From the NCBI GenBank assembly GCA_013265495.1, contig MU057648.1, positions 1 through 64,000 of the forward strand: a stretch of DNA of 64,000 nt, read 5' to 3'. A program made the translations under genes and the position numbers. This document shows, in pieces, positions 51,007 through 64,000 of the stretch (positions are counted from its first letter, which is position 1; each line of letters opens with the position of its first letter). A model generated the notes under the pieces. The model was not told where the DNA came from. It worked only from the letters and a program-made list of their open reading frames with translations, and did not search any database. The DNA is from Vicugna vicugna. Its lineage: Eukaryota.

Positions 51007-51599
51007 ATTTTAAACAATCTGTCCTAAAGGGAAAGGTCAATGGTTACTACAAATAAAGGGAAACACAGGTTAAAAGGTTGGGTAGTGGGCGTCTGCCCAG
51101 ACCCCTCCAGCTCTAGACCTCGGTGCAGGCTCCTCTCTGCTCATCCTTACTTTCCCCTTACCCACTGTCTATCCCTTATCCTGCTTGTGACAAAACCACC
51201 TGTGCAGGAGAAGCCCCCTATGTGAAGTGATGGCAGGTGCTGACAGACTGGAAGGTCCTAGAAACAAGGAGGTGCAGACACTCCCCTAAGCAGAAGTTCC
51301 ATATCTTTGCTGGTGCCTCTGGGACCCCTTCCTGGGGCACCTGCTCCTGAATGGTGGTCTTACCTGGAGAATTTTGTGAGCTCTGGAGTGCAGAGGCCTA
51401 CCCATCAAGGTATATCCCATAAATACAAAAGAGGGTCCTCAAATTTCAGTATCAAGGAAAAGTGATTGCCTTGGTGACAGTGGGTAGACAAGTGGCACCT
51501 GGGGAATGCAGTGGCAGTCTTGCTTTTCATTTATTCCCATTTGAACATTTCAAATGTCTTAACTCTGTGTCTGTTTCACCTATTCAAAAAATTCTTTCA

Positions 51600-51970
51600 A
51601 GCCACCCCAGGGAAGCTTAGAAATGCAGTTTTCCATCTCCATCTCCCTGGAATTCTGAGTCAGTAGGTCTGAGATGGAATCCAGGAGCACGCATTTTAAT
51701 GAGCTCCCCAGCAGTTTCTGATGTGGGTGGATCATGGACCACACTTTGATGGACAGTGATGTGGAGGGAAAATTGTGGGCTTTGAGAGTCAGATCCATTA
51801 AGGAAATCTCAGCCCAGCCACTCCCTAGCTGTGGGACCTTTAGCCACCTCACTGAGCTTCCTCTTACTCATCGGTAAAACAAGGATAAAATCCCTACCTC
51901 ACAGGTTGAGAGTAATAAATCATATAAATAAAGCTCATTTGGCATAGTAGGTGCTCAATAAATGTTCTCT
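51600..51970. mobile_element. MER5-like fragment followed by a MIR
   Basis: ttagaaatgcag...gcattttaatgagctccccagc...ggaccacactttg; then cttactcatcggtaaaac...ggcatagtaggtgctcaataaat. Confidence 0.6.
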
Positions 51971-52824
51971 AGTTATTCAACTAGAGGGTGTTCTGTGAAA
52001 TGTTGGGTGAAATGAATTAAACAGAGGCCAGAGAAGTTTGATCAACACCATGTTTTTCATGCCTTTGAATTTAAGCATTTGGGGTGGGGAACGCAAGCTC
52101 CATTTCACCACAGATCCCACTGCTGCCTAGTGTCCAAAAGCCAAGAGCACCTACCTCTCTGGCCCCTGAAGACATACGAGTTGTGTGATTACCCCAGGGG
52201 GTTAGAACATAGGTTCCTTCAAAATGTTTAACTGGTTTCTAAAACGTTGAAATTGTAACGCATGCACTATTCAGAACTGAAGTATATGGTGTATACAACG
52301 AAAGGAGAACTCCCCTCTTCTTCCTCTCTGGGGCTGGTGAGTTAATAGCTTCTACGCATCTGTCCAGAAATGATCTAAGAGCACAGGTCCTTAAGATGAA
52401 GTTTACGGTCTTCATAAACTATGTGTAAATTTTAAGCGTCAGTGCCGATCTGTGTGTTCTGTAGGTTTCATCATAATCTTAGAGGGGTCCATGATCCCCC
52501 CACATTAAGAACCACTGACATGGAGACTTTTACCTCAGGGTATCTGGCAAGCACCAATGGGTGCCTCCCATCTTGAGACCCAAAGAGATCCCACTGAAAT
52601 AAAAGTATTAAAAATCTGAAAAGTACCAAACAGCAAAGAGAACTAGAAAGAAGTCTTTATTCAAGAAGTGTTCATTGAGTTCGTATCTTATGCCAAGTCT
52701 TCTTCTAGGCCCTGATGATAGAGCAGTGAAAGAAATCTGACAAAAACTCTTGCTTTCCTGAGGCTTACCTTTTAGTAAGATACAGAAATAAACCAAATAA
52801 ATCATTTAGAAAGTGACAGATGCC

Positions 52825-53323
52825 GATGACTGGATAAAGAAGTTCTGGTATACATATACAATGGAATACTACTCAGCCATAAAAAAGAATAAAATAATGC
52901 CATTTGCAGCAACATGGATGGACCTGGAGATCATCATTCTAAGTGAAGTCAGAAAGAGAAAGAAAAATACCATATGATACTGCTTATATGTGGAATCTAA
53001 AAAAAAGACATAAATGAACTTATTTGCAAAACAGAAACAGACTCACAGACATAGAGAACAAACTTAGGGTTATCAGGGTTAAAGGGGTAGGAAGGAGTAA
53101 ATTGGGAGTTTGAAATTTGCAGATGCTAACTACTATATATAAAATAGATAAACAACAAGTTTATAATGTATAGCACAGGGAACTATAGTCAGTATCTTGC
53201 AGTAACCTATAATGAAAAGGAATATGAAAATGAATATATGTATGTATATATATAACTGAGTCACTATGCTGTACACCAGAAATTAACATAACATTGCAAA
53301 CGGACTATACTTCAATTAAAAAA
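52825..53323 (+). mobile_element. L1 3' end (~500 bp, a different subfamily from the 524-bp pair)
   Basis: gatgactggataaagaag...gcagcaacatggatggacctggagatcatc...gactatacttcaattaaaaaa; no clear TSD. Confidence 0.85.
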
Positions 53324-54960
53324 TTGTTTTAAGTCTACAGGTTATGGCAGAGGGTGGAAAGAACTAAAATGGGGGGGGGGTTATTCCTCAAACTGGTTAG
53401 TGAGCCCATGAGTGTCTTGCATTATTTGTATGCTGTACACATCTTTTACAGTATCCTTTTGTATCTACTCAGCATATAACACAAACTCGCATCAGGAGCA
53501 GGGATGGGGCAGATAAGTTTGCAAAGTGCAGGTAACATCTCTCCCAGGCAGAAAACAGTATGTCTCTTCTCTAAAGAAACTGAATTAAATATCTGAGGTC
53601 AGCAAGGGCTTGCAGAGTGGATGTTGGCACCACAGAGTAGAGCCCGCCTGACTCTGCTATTTATGATTCTGCCCGACACAGAGCTTCCAGCCAGATATCC
53701 TCATTCAGCAAAGGGATCAGAGGGAGGACAGACCCAATTGCGTAACAGCAGAGGAAACCTACACCGACTGGTTTCACAAGGCAGGCGCTTGCTAAGGGAC
53801 GCAGAGTAGAGCCAGAAAGCAGCCGACCTGGGGTTTGAACTGGGGCCTTCCTTCCAGGTTTGTGCTCTTAGCTACGTGCTGCCCTGCCTCCCGCTTAGCT
53901 TGTGCATCTCTTGTCCTGGGTAAAATGAGACACAGGCCCGCATCTACTTTTGTATCTGTGGCCACAGACTGACCTGGATGTCTCTGGCTTTGCTCTGAGC
54001 AGGAGTTGCTCCCATGCACTCGGCAGATATTTACGGAGCATTACACTTGCAGAGGTCTGAGCCACATCTCAGGCTCGGAGAATGGAAGGAAGTGCAGAGA
54101 TCAGCCAGCAGCAGCCCCTCCCCACATAGCTGCATGTGGGAGAGCTGAAGCCCAGGGAAAGGTTACTGGGGGAGGCAGGGGAGTCCAAGTCCAAGGTCTG
54201 CTCCCGGCTCTGCCCCCTCAGCCCTCGGAGTCCTGCAGTTCCCACGTCGGCAGCTGGGCCAGGCTCGGCACTGTACTCCCCGAGCAACACGTCCCACTTC
54301 CACAAGAGGGTGGTCTGGGATGCATCAGTCCTCTTGCTTGTGCTGGGGGTCCCCAGGAATTAAATGCTTGGGCTTCCCTCCCAGACCCGACACACAGGAA
54401 CATGCCCTCCAGCAGATCCCGCCTGAGCGCACGAGCATCTGCTGACCCCTCGTGGTCACTGTGGGATCTGTCCTGGCCCAGCAGCTGGGGCCTTCGTTGC
54501 ACCTCTAGGACATTCAGCCCTGGTGACTTCACTTCTCAGAGCACTTTCCTACTACTCACCTCGTGAGGTCCTCCCTACAATCCCAAGAGGTGAGGAGAGC
54601 CAGGATTCTCACTCTCACTTGACAAGTGAGCGGCAGGGCCCTGGGACCCAGTCCCAAATGCACCACTAATTCCTCATCTGACCTTAGCAAGTCAGTTCCC
54701 CACTCTGCCTCTGTTACCTGTTGGTGAAATAGAAGTGACCTGCACAAGGCAACTCTTGAGATTTTCCCAGCTCCCCCAACTCTCAGAGCTGAGAGGTGAC
54801 TTGTCCAAAGTCAGAGAGAATCAGGGCAGAGGCACTCCCAGTCAGCAGGTCACCCCACGTCCCCATGCTGATTGGGAAAAGTGAGAGGTGTCACAGAAAA
54901 CAAGAAAACCAGTTCTTCCACCTCTGTGTTCCGATTGTGTGCTGCAGTGCCACACACACA

Positions 54961-55015
54961 GGTGGGTGGGTGGGTGGGCAGGTAGATGGATGAATGGGTG
55001 GATGGGTGGATGGGG
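54961..55015. repeat. (GGGT/GGAT)n simple repeat
   Basis: Direct observation. Confidence 0.7.
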
Positions 55016-56329
55016 CAGATGTGTAAGAACTCTGGGATCGCTCATAGCTGCAACTGTAGCAGCTACCTGCCTCCCCCATTCCGACAAGCCACCCCTATGA
55101 CTCTAGCAGCCTAGCCCCTTGGCAGGCTGCTCCACCTGCTGGGGTTGCGAAGCCACTGCCCCTGCCTGACAGCCAGGAGCTGGGACCTGCCGTGAGGGAA
55201 AGCATCCAAGACTTCCTCTCTGCCATGTCACTGGCCACCGTGGTCAACAGTGGCGGCTGCAAGGAAACTCGGGGACCAGGGCTACATATGGGCATCCCTC
55301 ACAAGGCAGTTCCTGTGGCCACCAATGGCTGATACTGAGGGTGGTACGCACAACAAAGCTGAGACCACCAGGATGGCTGGATGACGTGGAAAGAGCACAC
55401 CTCGTGCATCTCACACCATGGCTCAAACTGAGGGACTCTGAGCACGTTCCTTAGCCTCTCGTGCCTTGGTTTCCTCACCTTAAAGGTGGGCGTGATACCT
55501 GGAGAGTACTGCTGTGAGGCCTGAGTGAGGTCTGATGTAACATGCCTTGCATGTAACAGGTGTTTGGTAAACAGAAGTGCCCCTCTTTTGTTCCAGGTCA
55601 TGAAGAGATTCTGGAGAGGGAAGGAGCGAGGCCCCCTGTGTACGCAGCAAGCTTTCTAAACCAGGAGGGGTTTCTAAGTACCCTGAGTAGTGATGTGCAT
55701 GTGGTGTGACAGGGGTGGAGGGAAGGAGATGTATCTTCAGCAAGAATGGAAGGTTTGCTCAAACACACCTCATCTCATTAAGAGCATCATCACCTGTCTC
55801 CTGCCATCAGCACAGTTTTTCAGACACAAAGGATATTCCACAAAGACTTTCTGAGGACGAACTGAAAACATCTTTTCACAGCTAAAGGGCAATGGTCAGG
55901 AAATGGTCCTGTGTTCTGTTCTCCTGCCTCCGGGTGGGCATCTGCCTCATCCACCTCCCATTAATGCAGCCGACCTCTATCCATCCCAGGATGGGTGACA
56001 GGTTCTCCTGAGCCACCAGGTAGAAGGGGGACCTGGATTTCAGTCCAGCTGCTATAACGGCTAACCTCAGGTAACTGACGTAACAGCAGAGGCTCCCACA
56101 CCACCATCTGTGACGTCATGCTCCAGGGGCTCCAGGTCCTGGGCCTCCACTTCCAACTTGAGTGATCCAGACTGGGGGCTTCTCACGTGGCACTCAAGAG
56201 ATGGTCCTCAGAGTGAGACAGACTTAAGGGGGGCTCTTGCCACTTACTAGCTCCCCAACCTTAGGCGGGATTCTTGCTCTCTGAGCCTGTTTCTCATCTG
56301 TAATACAGGGCTAATAAAATTACCTACTT

Positions 56330-56633
56330 TGCAGGTGGGGTTTAGCTCAGTGGTAGAACATGCACTTAGCATGTGAGAGGTCCTGGGTTTAATCCCCAGT
56401 ACTTCCCCCCCCAAAAAAAGAAATGAAAAAACATTTAAAAATGAAGGACTTCAAGGAAATTACCTAACCTCTCAGGGCCTCTTAAGGGTATAGCTCAGTA
56501 GTAGAGTTAGCATGCACGAGGTCCTGGATTCAATCCCCAGTGACTCCATTGAAAAACCAAATAAATAAGTAAATAAATAAACCTAAATTACCTCCCCACT
56601 GTGAAAAAAAAAGTAAAAAAAAAAACTTTAAAA
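56330..56633 (+). mobile_element. Two tandem Vic-1-like SINEs inserted in a MIR
   Basis: tRNA-like heads at ~56337 and ~56485; outer TSD aaaattacctactt at 56316-56329 and 56634-56647; MIR text on both sides. Confidence 0.8.
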
Positions 56634-57849
56634 AAAATTACCTACTTGGTTGTTTGGAGAATTCAATGAATTACGTTTCAAAAGAGCTGAGCCTTGTGCC
56701 TGGCATCTGAGCGCTCAGTAAATGTGAATGTGTCAATGGTTTTAATGACTGGAATGGGCTTCCATGTGAGACTTCATTTGAACTAAGAGTTCTGTGTGTC
56801 TGTGTGTCCACCGGACTAAAGAATCCCTGAGGCCCTCCTTAGCTTCAAGATTCTATTTCTCGAATAATATCTTCCCATCCAATACTCCCACATTCTTCCC
56901 TCTCTGATTTTTCCTTCTTTTCAACTACAAACAATTAGGCAGCCTCTCTAGGATTTCATCACTTCTTGTTCCCTACTTACATGCACCATTCTCTGGTTGG
57001 GAAAATGGGAAGACTAAGTCCACACAATCTGAGATGAGTTAGTGGCTTATAAAGTGACTTAATTAGTTTGACATCCCAACTCCCTCACCCAACCCCCTTC
57101 CCAAGTGTCGCCCAGTCCGTTGGACCACAGGACAAGGATGCAAAGACCCTCTGCCAAGGCCAACCATCCAGGGAGAAGGGGGCATGTGGCCGGGGGCCAG
57201 ACTGGGGTGAGGCTCGGAGAGGCTGCATTAGGAGAGACGTAGCAGGTGGGGAGTTCTCAGGGACAATATGAGAAAAGAGGGGCTGGGGCTGCTCTGCTGG
57301 TCCTCTGAAGATGCCAGGATCCCTAAAGCCTTCCTTTCCCCCTTTTAGGTATAGTGCCAAGGAAAAAGACTGCTGGCAACATGAAACAAATACACAAAAT
57401 AAAGAAACACACCAAAGCCCTAGCAGCGGTGGATCCAACAGAAGAATTTCTGTTTTCGTTTTTGGCAAACATGATGCTGCTGCTGTGTAATAAAATTTAA
57501 ATACTTGAAACCAATTATTACCATCGGTTGTGCTCAGCCAAGAAAACAGACAAGAACCCGTTTTGGCCCCCACTGAAAAGCAGCAGGTTCTCAAAGGAAG
57601 ACCATTAAGAGGGAAAAGGGAGCATCACGAATATCCAGCTCCCACCCCTGCCCATGGACTCCCTGGTCCCCTTGGGATGGGGGCTCGCTGAGGTCCCCCT
57701 GGAAGGAAAGCCTGCTGAATGTCTCGGCAGCAATGCCCAAAGGGTACGATGAGGGTGAGGACAAACCCACTGAAAGCCACCAAGAGGGCTGAGGTCATTA
57801 CCTGGCAGCTGCGGTGATGCAGAATGACCACTCCATGCAGGCAACAAAC

Positions 57850-58570
57850 CTGCTTCTAGTTCTCTGCCACTAACTTGTTGCATGACCTTGAGCAAGTCAG
57901 GACACCTCTCTGAGCCTCAGTTTCCTCATCTGTAAAATGAGGAGACTTAGTTAACTTAAAAAAATATGTACCAGGCCCTTACTGAGGGCACTGTGCTGAA
58001 GTTGTGAGTAATACGAAAAGGAATGAGTCATTTATTCAAAAACCATCAAGTGACAACTCCAGTTACTACGCACTGTGGTTACAGAGATGAACAAGTCAGC
58101 TTCCCTGCCCCCGAGACTTTCACAACGCGGTCAGGGAGACAGTGAACAAATAAGAAATGGCCAACTATATGCTCGGTGCGGACAGACATGTAAGCAGAGG
58201 AAGGAAGGCCTTTTCCACTGGGGCCACGGTGGGGGAAGTGGCGAAGAGGCTTGAACTGGATCTTGGGGGATCCTTGGCCCCTGCTCTCACAGACTGGACA
58301 GTGTAATCACTGGTTGGGACAAACACCCAAACATCTACCACAGGAGGCAGAGTGAAGCCACCACAGGTAAGCCAGGTTCAGAGGGGAGGGGAAACCCACA
58401 TGGCTTAGGCAGGGGGGGTAGAGGGACCGGCAGGAAGCAGGTCAGAGAAGCTCTGAGGGGGAGGAATGGCATTGAGATGAGCCTTGAAGGATGAGAAGAG
58501 CTTCCTGAGAGCCTTGGGGGGCTGAAGAGGTATTCTAGGTGCGGGGCATGTGCAAGTAAAGGTAAAATGT
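57850..58570 (+). mobile_element. MIR followed by L2 fragments
   Basis: catgaccttgagcaagtc...ctctgagcctcagtttcctcatctgtaaaatgagg; then acagagatgaacaag...ttgagatgagccttgaaggatgag. Confidence 0.6.
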
Positions 58571-59119
58571 GGGGGCTGTTGGGGTGTAGTGGGGACAGCA
58601 GGCAGGCCGGGGGTGGGGGCTGGTGAGGCTGGACACTAACTGTAGGCATCGAGATGACAGTCATTGAAAATGACAGGCCCTGGACCAAGCCCTCCACACC
58701 CTCAGGCCAGCTGTTGGGGGTAGGTGCCCTCATTACTACCTGGTTCATTCAGATAAGAAGACAGAGGCTCAGAGAGGTTACAAAGTCACACAGCTGATGG
58801 ATGGCAGAAATAACCCTTAACCCATCTGCCTGATGCCCCACCCTGACTCCTTCCCACTGGAATGCCAGGCGGGGGCATCACCGAGCCCTTCCCACCTAAG
58901 GTACCGATGTCCCAGCGCACCTGGCCTGGCCCTGACTCAGACATGTGGGTACCAAAGGTCAGCCTCTGCCTCAACCTTAGAAGCCAGCCTGATTCAGCCC
59001 TTTCCAGTTGGGCAGCTACAGGACTATCAGGACAGCCTTTACCAGCGAAGGGGATGGGCCGGGACAAGAAATATTAGAAGTGCTGAGGGGTTTTGTGCTC
59101 CACTGTCCACTGGTCTCAG

Positions 59120-59125
59120 TTTATT
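59120..59125 (-). terminator. Polyadenylation signal AATAAA of the C5orf52-like gene
   Basis: tttatt on + strand, about 93 nt downstream of the stop codon. Confidence 0.65.
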
Positions 59126-59217
59126 GTTGTTTCACATCAGCATGGACTGACCGGTTTCTAGCTCTTCTCCCATCAGACAAGTGTCATCACGGCCCCGGGG
59201 CAGCTCATCCACCTTGA

Positions 59218-59451
<234 letters not shown>

Positions 59452-60020
59452 CTATTTCACAGGAAGAGAGGCCTGGGTGCCGGCTTGACCTAATATTCCA
59501 TAAATAACTTGGCTCACGGGGAGCCTCACTTCCCTACTTGTCAACCGTGGGCACTGAGCTGGATAACGGCTGCAGTATCTTGTGACAGTCTGCTGCCTAC
59601 GAGCCTGGTTTTGACCTTAACATCTCTGTCTGAAGACTGGCTGGGAGGAGGAGGGGGCAGTGGGGGAGGAGAAAGGGTGCCTCTTGTCCACCCCCTTCCT
59701 TAACTCCCATTTCCCCATCCCCACTGCCCATCTGGTGCTGTGGGAGTATTGTCGGGGACATCCCCTACGTCACACTGAGCTCTACTCATTTCTTCTAGGA
59801 TATCACCTCTGTCCTGTCCCAAGCAGGACTGCAGCCTTTGTGAAAGCACATCCTTCATCTTACTCATTCATTCACTTACTCCAGTGAGCTAGTTGTGGAG
59901 ACAATACTACAAAAAATCAGCCACAGGTCTTCACAGCAACTACAATGTAGTCGGGAAGGTGGGACGCATGTGCAAATATTCCTAAGCAAGGCATGGAGTG
60001 ATTCTCCCTTTCCTATGCAT

Positions 60021-60255
60021 CAGGGTCTCTCAACCTCGGCACCACTGATGTATGGGGTGGGACCATTCTTCCTGAGAAGGTGGCGGGGCGGGGCAGGGGG
60101 GGCGGCACATGGTAGGATGTTTAGCAGCATCGCATCCCTGGCCTCCACCTACTGGATGCCAACCACACCACCCCACTCTCACTTGTGCCACCAGAACTGT
60201 CTCCAGACACGCCCAAGTCCCTAAGGGGCAAAGCCGCACAGGGTGAGAACTGTGG
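60021..60255. mobile_element. MER20 hAT-Charlie element
   Basis: cagggtctctcaacctcggcacc...taggatgtttagcagcatc...tgtctccagac...gggtgagaac. Confidence 0.85.
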
Positions 60256-62098
60256 CATAGATGAAGGGGTACCAGCCATCATCACTGTCCTCAGACTGCT
60301 GCTCAGAGGGTTCCCAAGACGCTAGATCTTAGCTGCCCTCCTTGAGGCTCTGAGACATCAGTGGCTGGCCAAAGCTGCCTCTTCACCTAATGGGAGCACT
60401 TTTAGGGGGAGAGAGAAACATTGCCATATTGCCACTCAGGCCTCTCCAATCCACTGAGTTCCTACAAGCTGGGCCCTCAGCAAGACACAGTCTACAAACA
60501 CAGAGAAGGCAGTCCCTGTCCCAAGGGAGAACGTCCCGCACCATGATCAGTCAGTCCCCGGTTTGCAACTCCAAGTGACGCACGGTACGACCTTAGTGAA
60601 ATGACTCCATCTCTCTGAGCCTTGGTTTCCTGAACTATTAAATGGGGTAATAACACTTAATGCACCTTGTGTACCTAAAACATGGAAAGGCTCAATACAG
60701 CTTTAAAGGTGACCTTCTGGATGGCTGGTGGACAGCACATACCAAGCCAACTCAGCAAAGTTTCCAGTTATAGCTTAGAGATCTTCACCCCACTCACCAA
60801 AGGTACAATATCCCCAAACCTTCTGGTCATAGGGGTTGGCCCCCAACCCATCCTGGTCCCATTAGTCTCCCACACTACCTGACCACAGTGACTGGGGCAT
60901 GGATGGACCAACTAGGGCCAGCTGGTGTCCTTCTCCGGGATTTATCTAACTCGAGCAACAGTGGGAGCTCTCCGCTTCCTTTCCGGGCTACAGCCCAGGG
61001 TTTCCTAAGGCCAAGCTCCCCAGGGACAGCCAGTCTGATGATGACAACCACGTGCAGAAAGCAGCAGAAGAGGAGCTGAGAGGGAGACCCGAAGACACAT
61101 CCAGTGGCACTGGAGCCCCTGCCATCTCTCACCCCTGACACTGGTGACCCTGCCCTACCCACCCTCCATCATGTAAACTCATCACTCTCCATTTTGCTTG
61201 AACTAGTTCAAGTTCAGTTTGTGTCACCTGCAACTGAGAAACTTCTAACAGATTTTACAAATGAGAAGAGTTCTGGAGGAAAAGTGCTTCCCCAAGTTCA
61301 CATATAGCTGGCCTGCCCACAGCCAAGTCCACCCTATTTCCACTACTCCACACCACTGGAAGTTTAGTGGAGAGAGAAGCACCCAGGCCTCTACACTTCT
61401 TTCAGTCTTTGCAACCATTAAGAGGACATGGCACTATCTCTCACACCTTTCCCACTGTTCTCAACATCAGAATCCCATGGGCCCATCCAGATTTGGTCCT
61501 AGAACATGGAGGGTAGCTCAACAGAGTCAAGAGGGGACAGCTGCTCAACTCTGGACTGTCTACTCTGCTTGAAGAAACGAGTACATTCTCAGAGTCCATC
61601 CTGCTCACTAGCCTCTTCCTTAGTGCCCCAAACAATGCCTGTCCCAGCAGGCCTGAAAGGTCCATTTAATGGATTAATCAGTTGGGGTCTATGGGGTGAT
61701 GATGCTGTGGTTTCCCTCTTCTTCTGAGGGCTTTGGGTAAACAAGTCAAACCCTTCTTGTCCATAAGCAGGAAGTAGAATTGCCTCAGTTCTCATGTGGA
61801 AAGTGGGGGATAATCCCTGAAGGAAAAAAAGGACCAAATTATGTTGATGCCACTCCAAGCTCTGGGACCCAACAGATAGCAGGAATCTACTCTGGGCTTC
61901 CCTGAATAGAAGGGTAATGTGCTTTGAGGGAGGAAAAAAAAATTGCCACAAGAGCTAAGAGACATGAAATCCTCCTTGGCTCCCTCAGCCCATGGACAGC
62001 TGTGACACCTTGGGCCAATCAGTAATCTCAAGTCTCAACTACCCCCTCTGTCAAATGGGCTTGTATCAGAGCACCTTAATGACTGCCTACCACCTCTA

Positions 62099-62476
<378 letters not shown>

Positions 62477-63394
62477 TTAAGAGAAAAAAAATCATCCTGA
62501 GAAGGATGTAGAAAGGCCAGAGTAACCTATTAGAGGAGTGTCAACAGGGACTCCACAGGAGCAGTCATCTTATGGAAATGCAGAATGAAATGGTAGGTGA
62601 GGGTCTGAGAGGAAAGAAGCAAAGTCTGAGGGAGGAATTTGATGAATTTGATGGGAGTTGAGGTCGAGGAGAGGGCACTGCTTGAGCCTAGGACTGGCCG
62701 GATCTGGGATTTGGATCTGGGCAGGGGAGGTCAGAGGAAGCTGGAAAAAAGAGAATAAACAGTTTGGACAGAGTTAAGTTGGGTAATAGAGTAATCCTAA
62801 GAGAAAAGGGTTTGGAAAAATCTAGAAAAGTAAGGAAGTTTGGGGAGGACAGAGACGTGAAGAGACTCGGGAGGGTGAGAGACAGGATGGAAATGGAGCC
62901 AGGTGCTCCAGATGAAACTAGAGATGACAATTTGGTCAAAATTGGATACCAGCCATGGAGTTTTCACTTTTTGATAATTTGGTTACACCGTGAAGTGATT
63001 TTACAACTACATATCTTTAAATATTTTTGCCCATTTAAAAATAATTGCTCATAATATTTCCTTTCAAAAATTTGGAAACTATCTAAACGTACCATAGGGA
63101 TTTGACAGGACAAAACATAGGACAATTTTTAAAGAATAAAATATTTTGAAGGATTAAAATTTTTTTTTCCTAATTCATTTTTAGAAGGTTTGGAACTGTG
63201 GTTTTATGAAATGTCTGTACATTTACAAATTAGTAGTTCAATGCCCTTTATCGCCCATTTACATTTTTTCTGACAGCAAAGACATGAGCTGATGGAAAAG
63301 GCTAGTTTGGAGATCAAGATGCTCACCTACAAAAGTCCCCCAAATCCTGTCAGAAAAAAAAAAAAAAGCCCTAAATACTCAAAGATACATGAAA

Positions 63395-63654
63395 CAGAAT
63401 AGATAAACAAGATTGTACTGTGTAGCACAGGGAAATATATACAGGATCTTGCGGTGGCTCACAGCGAAAGAGAATGTGGCAATGAATGTATGTATGTTCA
63501 TGTATAACTGAAAAACTGCTCTACACTGGAATTTGACACAACATTGTAAAATGACCATAACTCAGTAAAAAATGTTAAAAATAAAATAAAATAAAATAAA
63601 ATAAAATAAAATAAAATAAAATAACACTGTTTTGTCTATTGGGGGAAAAATAAA
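63395..63654 (+). mobile_element. Short young L1 3' end with (AAAAT)n tail and extra 3' sequence
   Basis: 14-bp TSD aaagatacatgaaa at 63381-63394 and 63655-63668; 3'UTR matches the 17072 and 44032 copies. Confidence 0.85.
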
Positions 63655-63980
63655 AAAGATACATGAAATACTATTCACCCATTCAGTAGTGCACCAAACG
63701 TATCAATACTTCCTGGGAAGGTGAGGGGAAAGGCAGTGACTGGAAATATTCCCTTTCAAGTGATAACTAATAATCATTTTGAACCAAACTGCTTTCCAAA
63801 GCAAGCATCTGTGGCAGCCCGGAGGATGCTCTGAGGGGCGGTGTGAAATGGGAGAGGAAGGGTAACTGGGGTCTGTGAGGACTGGGGCCGGCTTGAGGGT
63901 GCCGGGGGCTTTCCCGGGGCCACTGGGGAAAGTAGCGGCTGAGGAGGGGAGTGGCAGGGCTGCGGGCACCTGGGCCTCAC

Positions 63981-64000
63981 CAGGCTCTAAGGGAGTTCGC
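63981..64000 (-). other. Candidate 3' end of an upstream exon of the C5orf52-like gene
   Basis: Donor CTG|GTGAGG at 63981/63980 in GC-rich sequence at the window edge. The 20 visible nt are open in the phase-2 frame (ANSLRA-C) that joins the 62270 acceptor. Confidence 0.4.

Noticed and set aside
54006..54566. 186-aa ORF and overlapping ORFs
   Set aside because: GC-rich intergenic sequence open in several frames; no homology recognised.

Overview
Mammalian genomic DNA, most likely camelid (alpaca or camel), judged from tRNA-derived Vic-1-like SINEs and young L1 3' ends. The window holds the 5' part of OSBP2 (ORP4, oxysterol-binding protein 2) on the minus strand: a CpG-island promoter (~49950-50750), coding exon 1 (50139-49493), exon 2 (36086-35878, PH domain) and ~36 kb of intron 2 running off the left edge. 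Upstream on the same strand lie the last two coding exons (62270-62162, 59415-59218) and polyA signal of a small C5orf52-like gene. The rest is intronic or intergenic and rich in L1, L2, MIR, MaLR/ERV LTR and hAT/MER fossils, with a 149-N assembly gap. I found no prokaryote-type or wholly new system. The best leads are: (1) candidate internal OSBP2 promoters and first exons in intron 2, especially a TATA/Inr/NRF1 cassette whose ATG-initiated exon has the right phase for a PH-less isoform; (2) two 524-bp L1 inserts with almost the same 5' truncation point, inverted around exon 2; (3) a small L1 3' transduction; (4) a tandem SINE double insertion. Repeat family names come from recalled consensus similarity and their boundaries are approximate unless TSDs are given.
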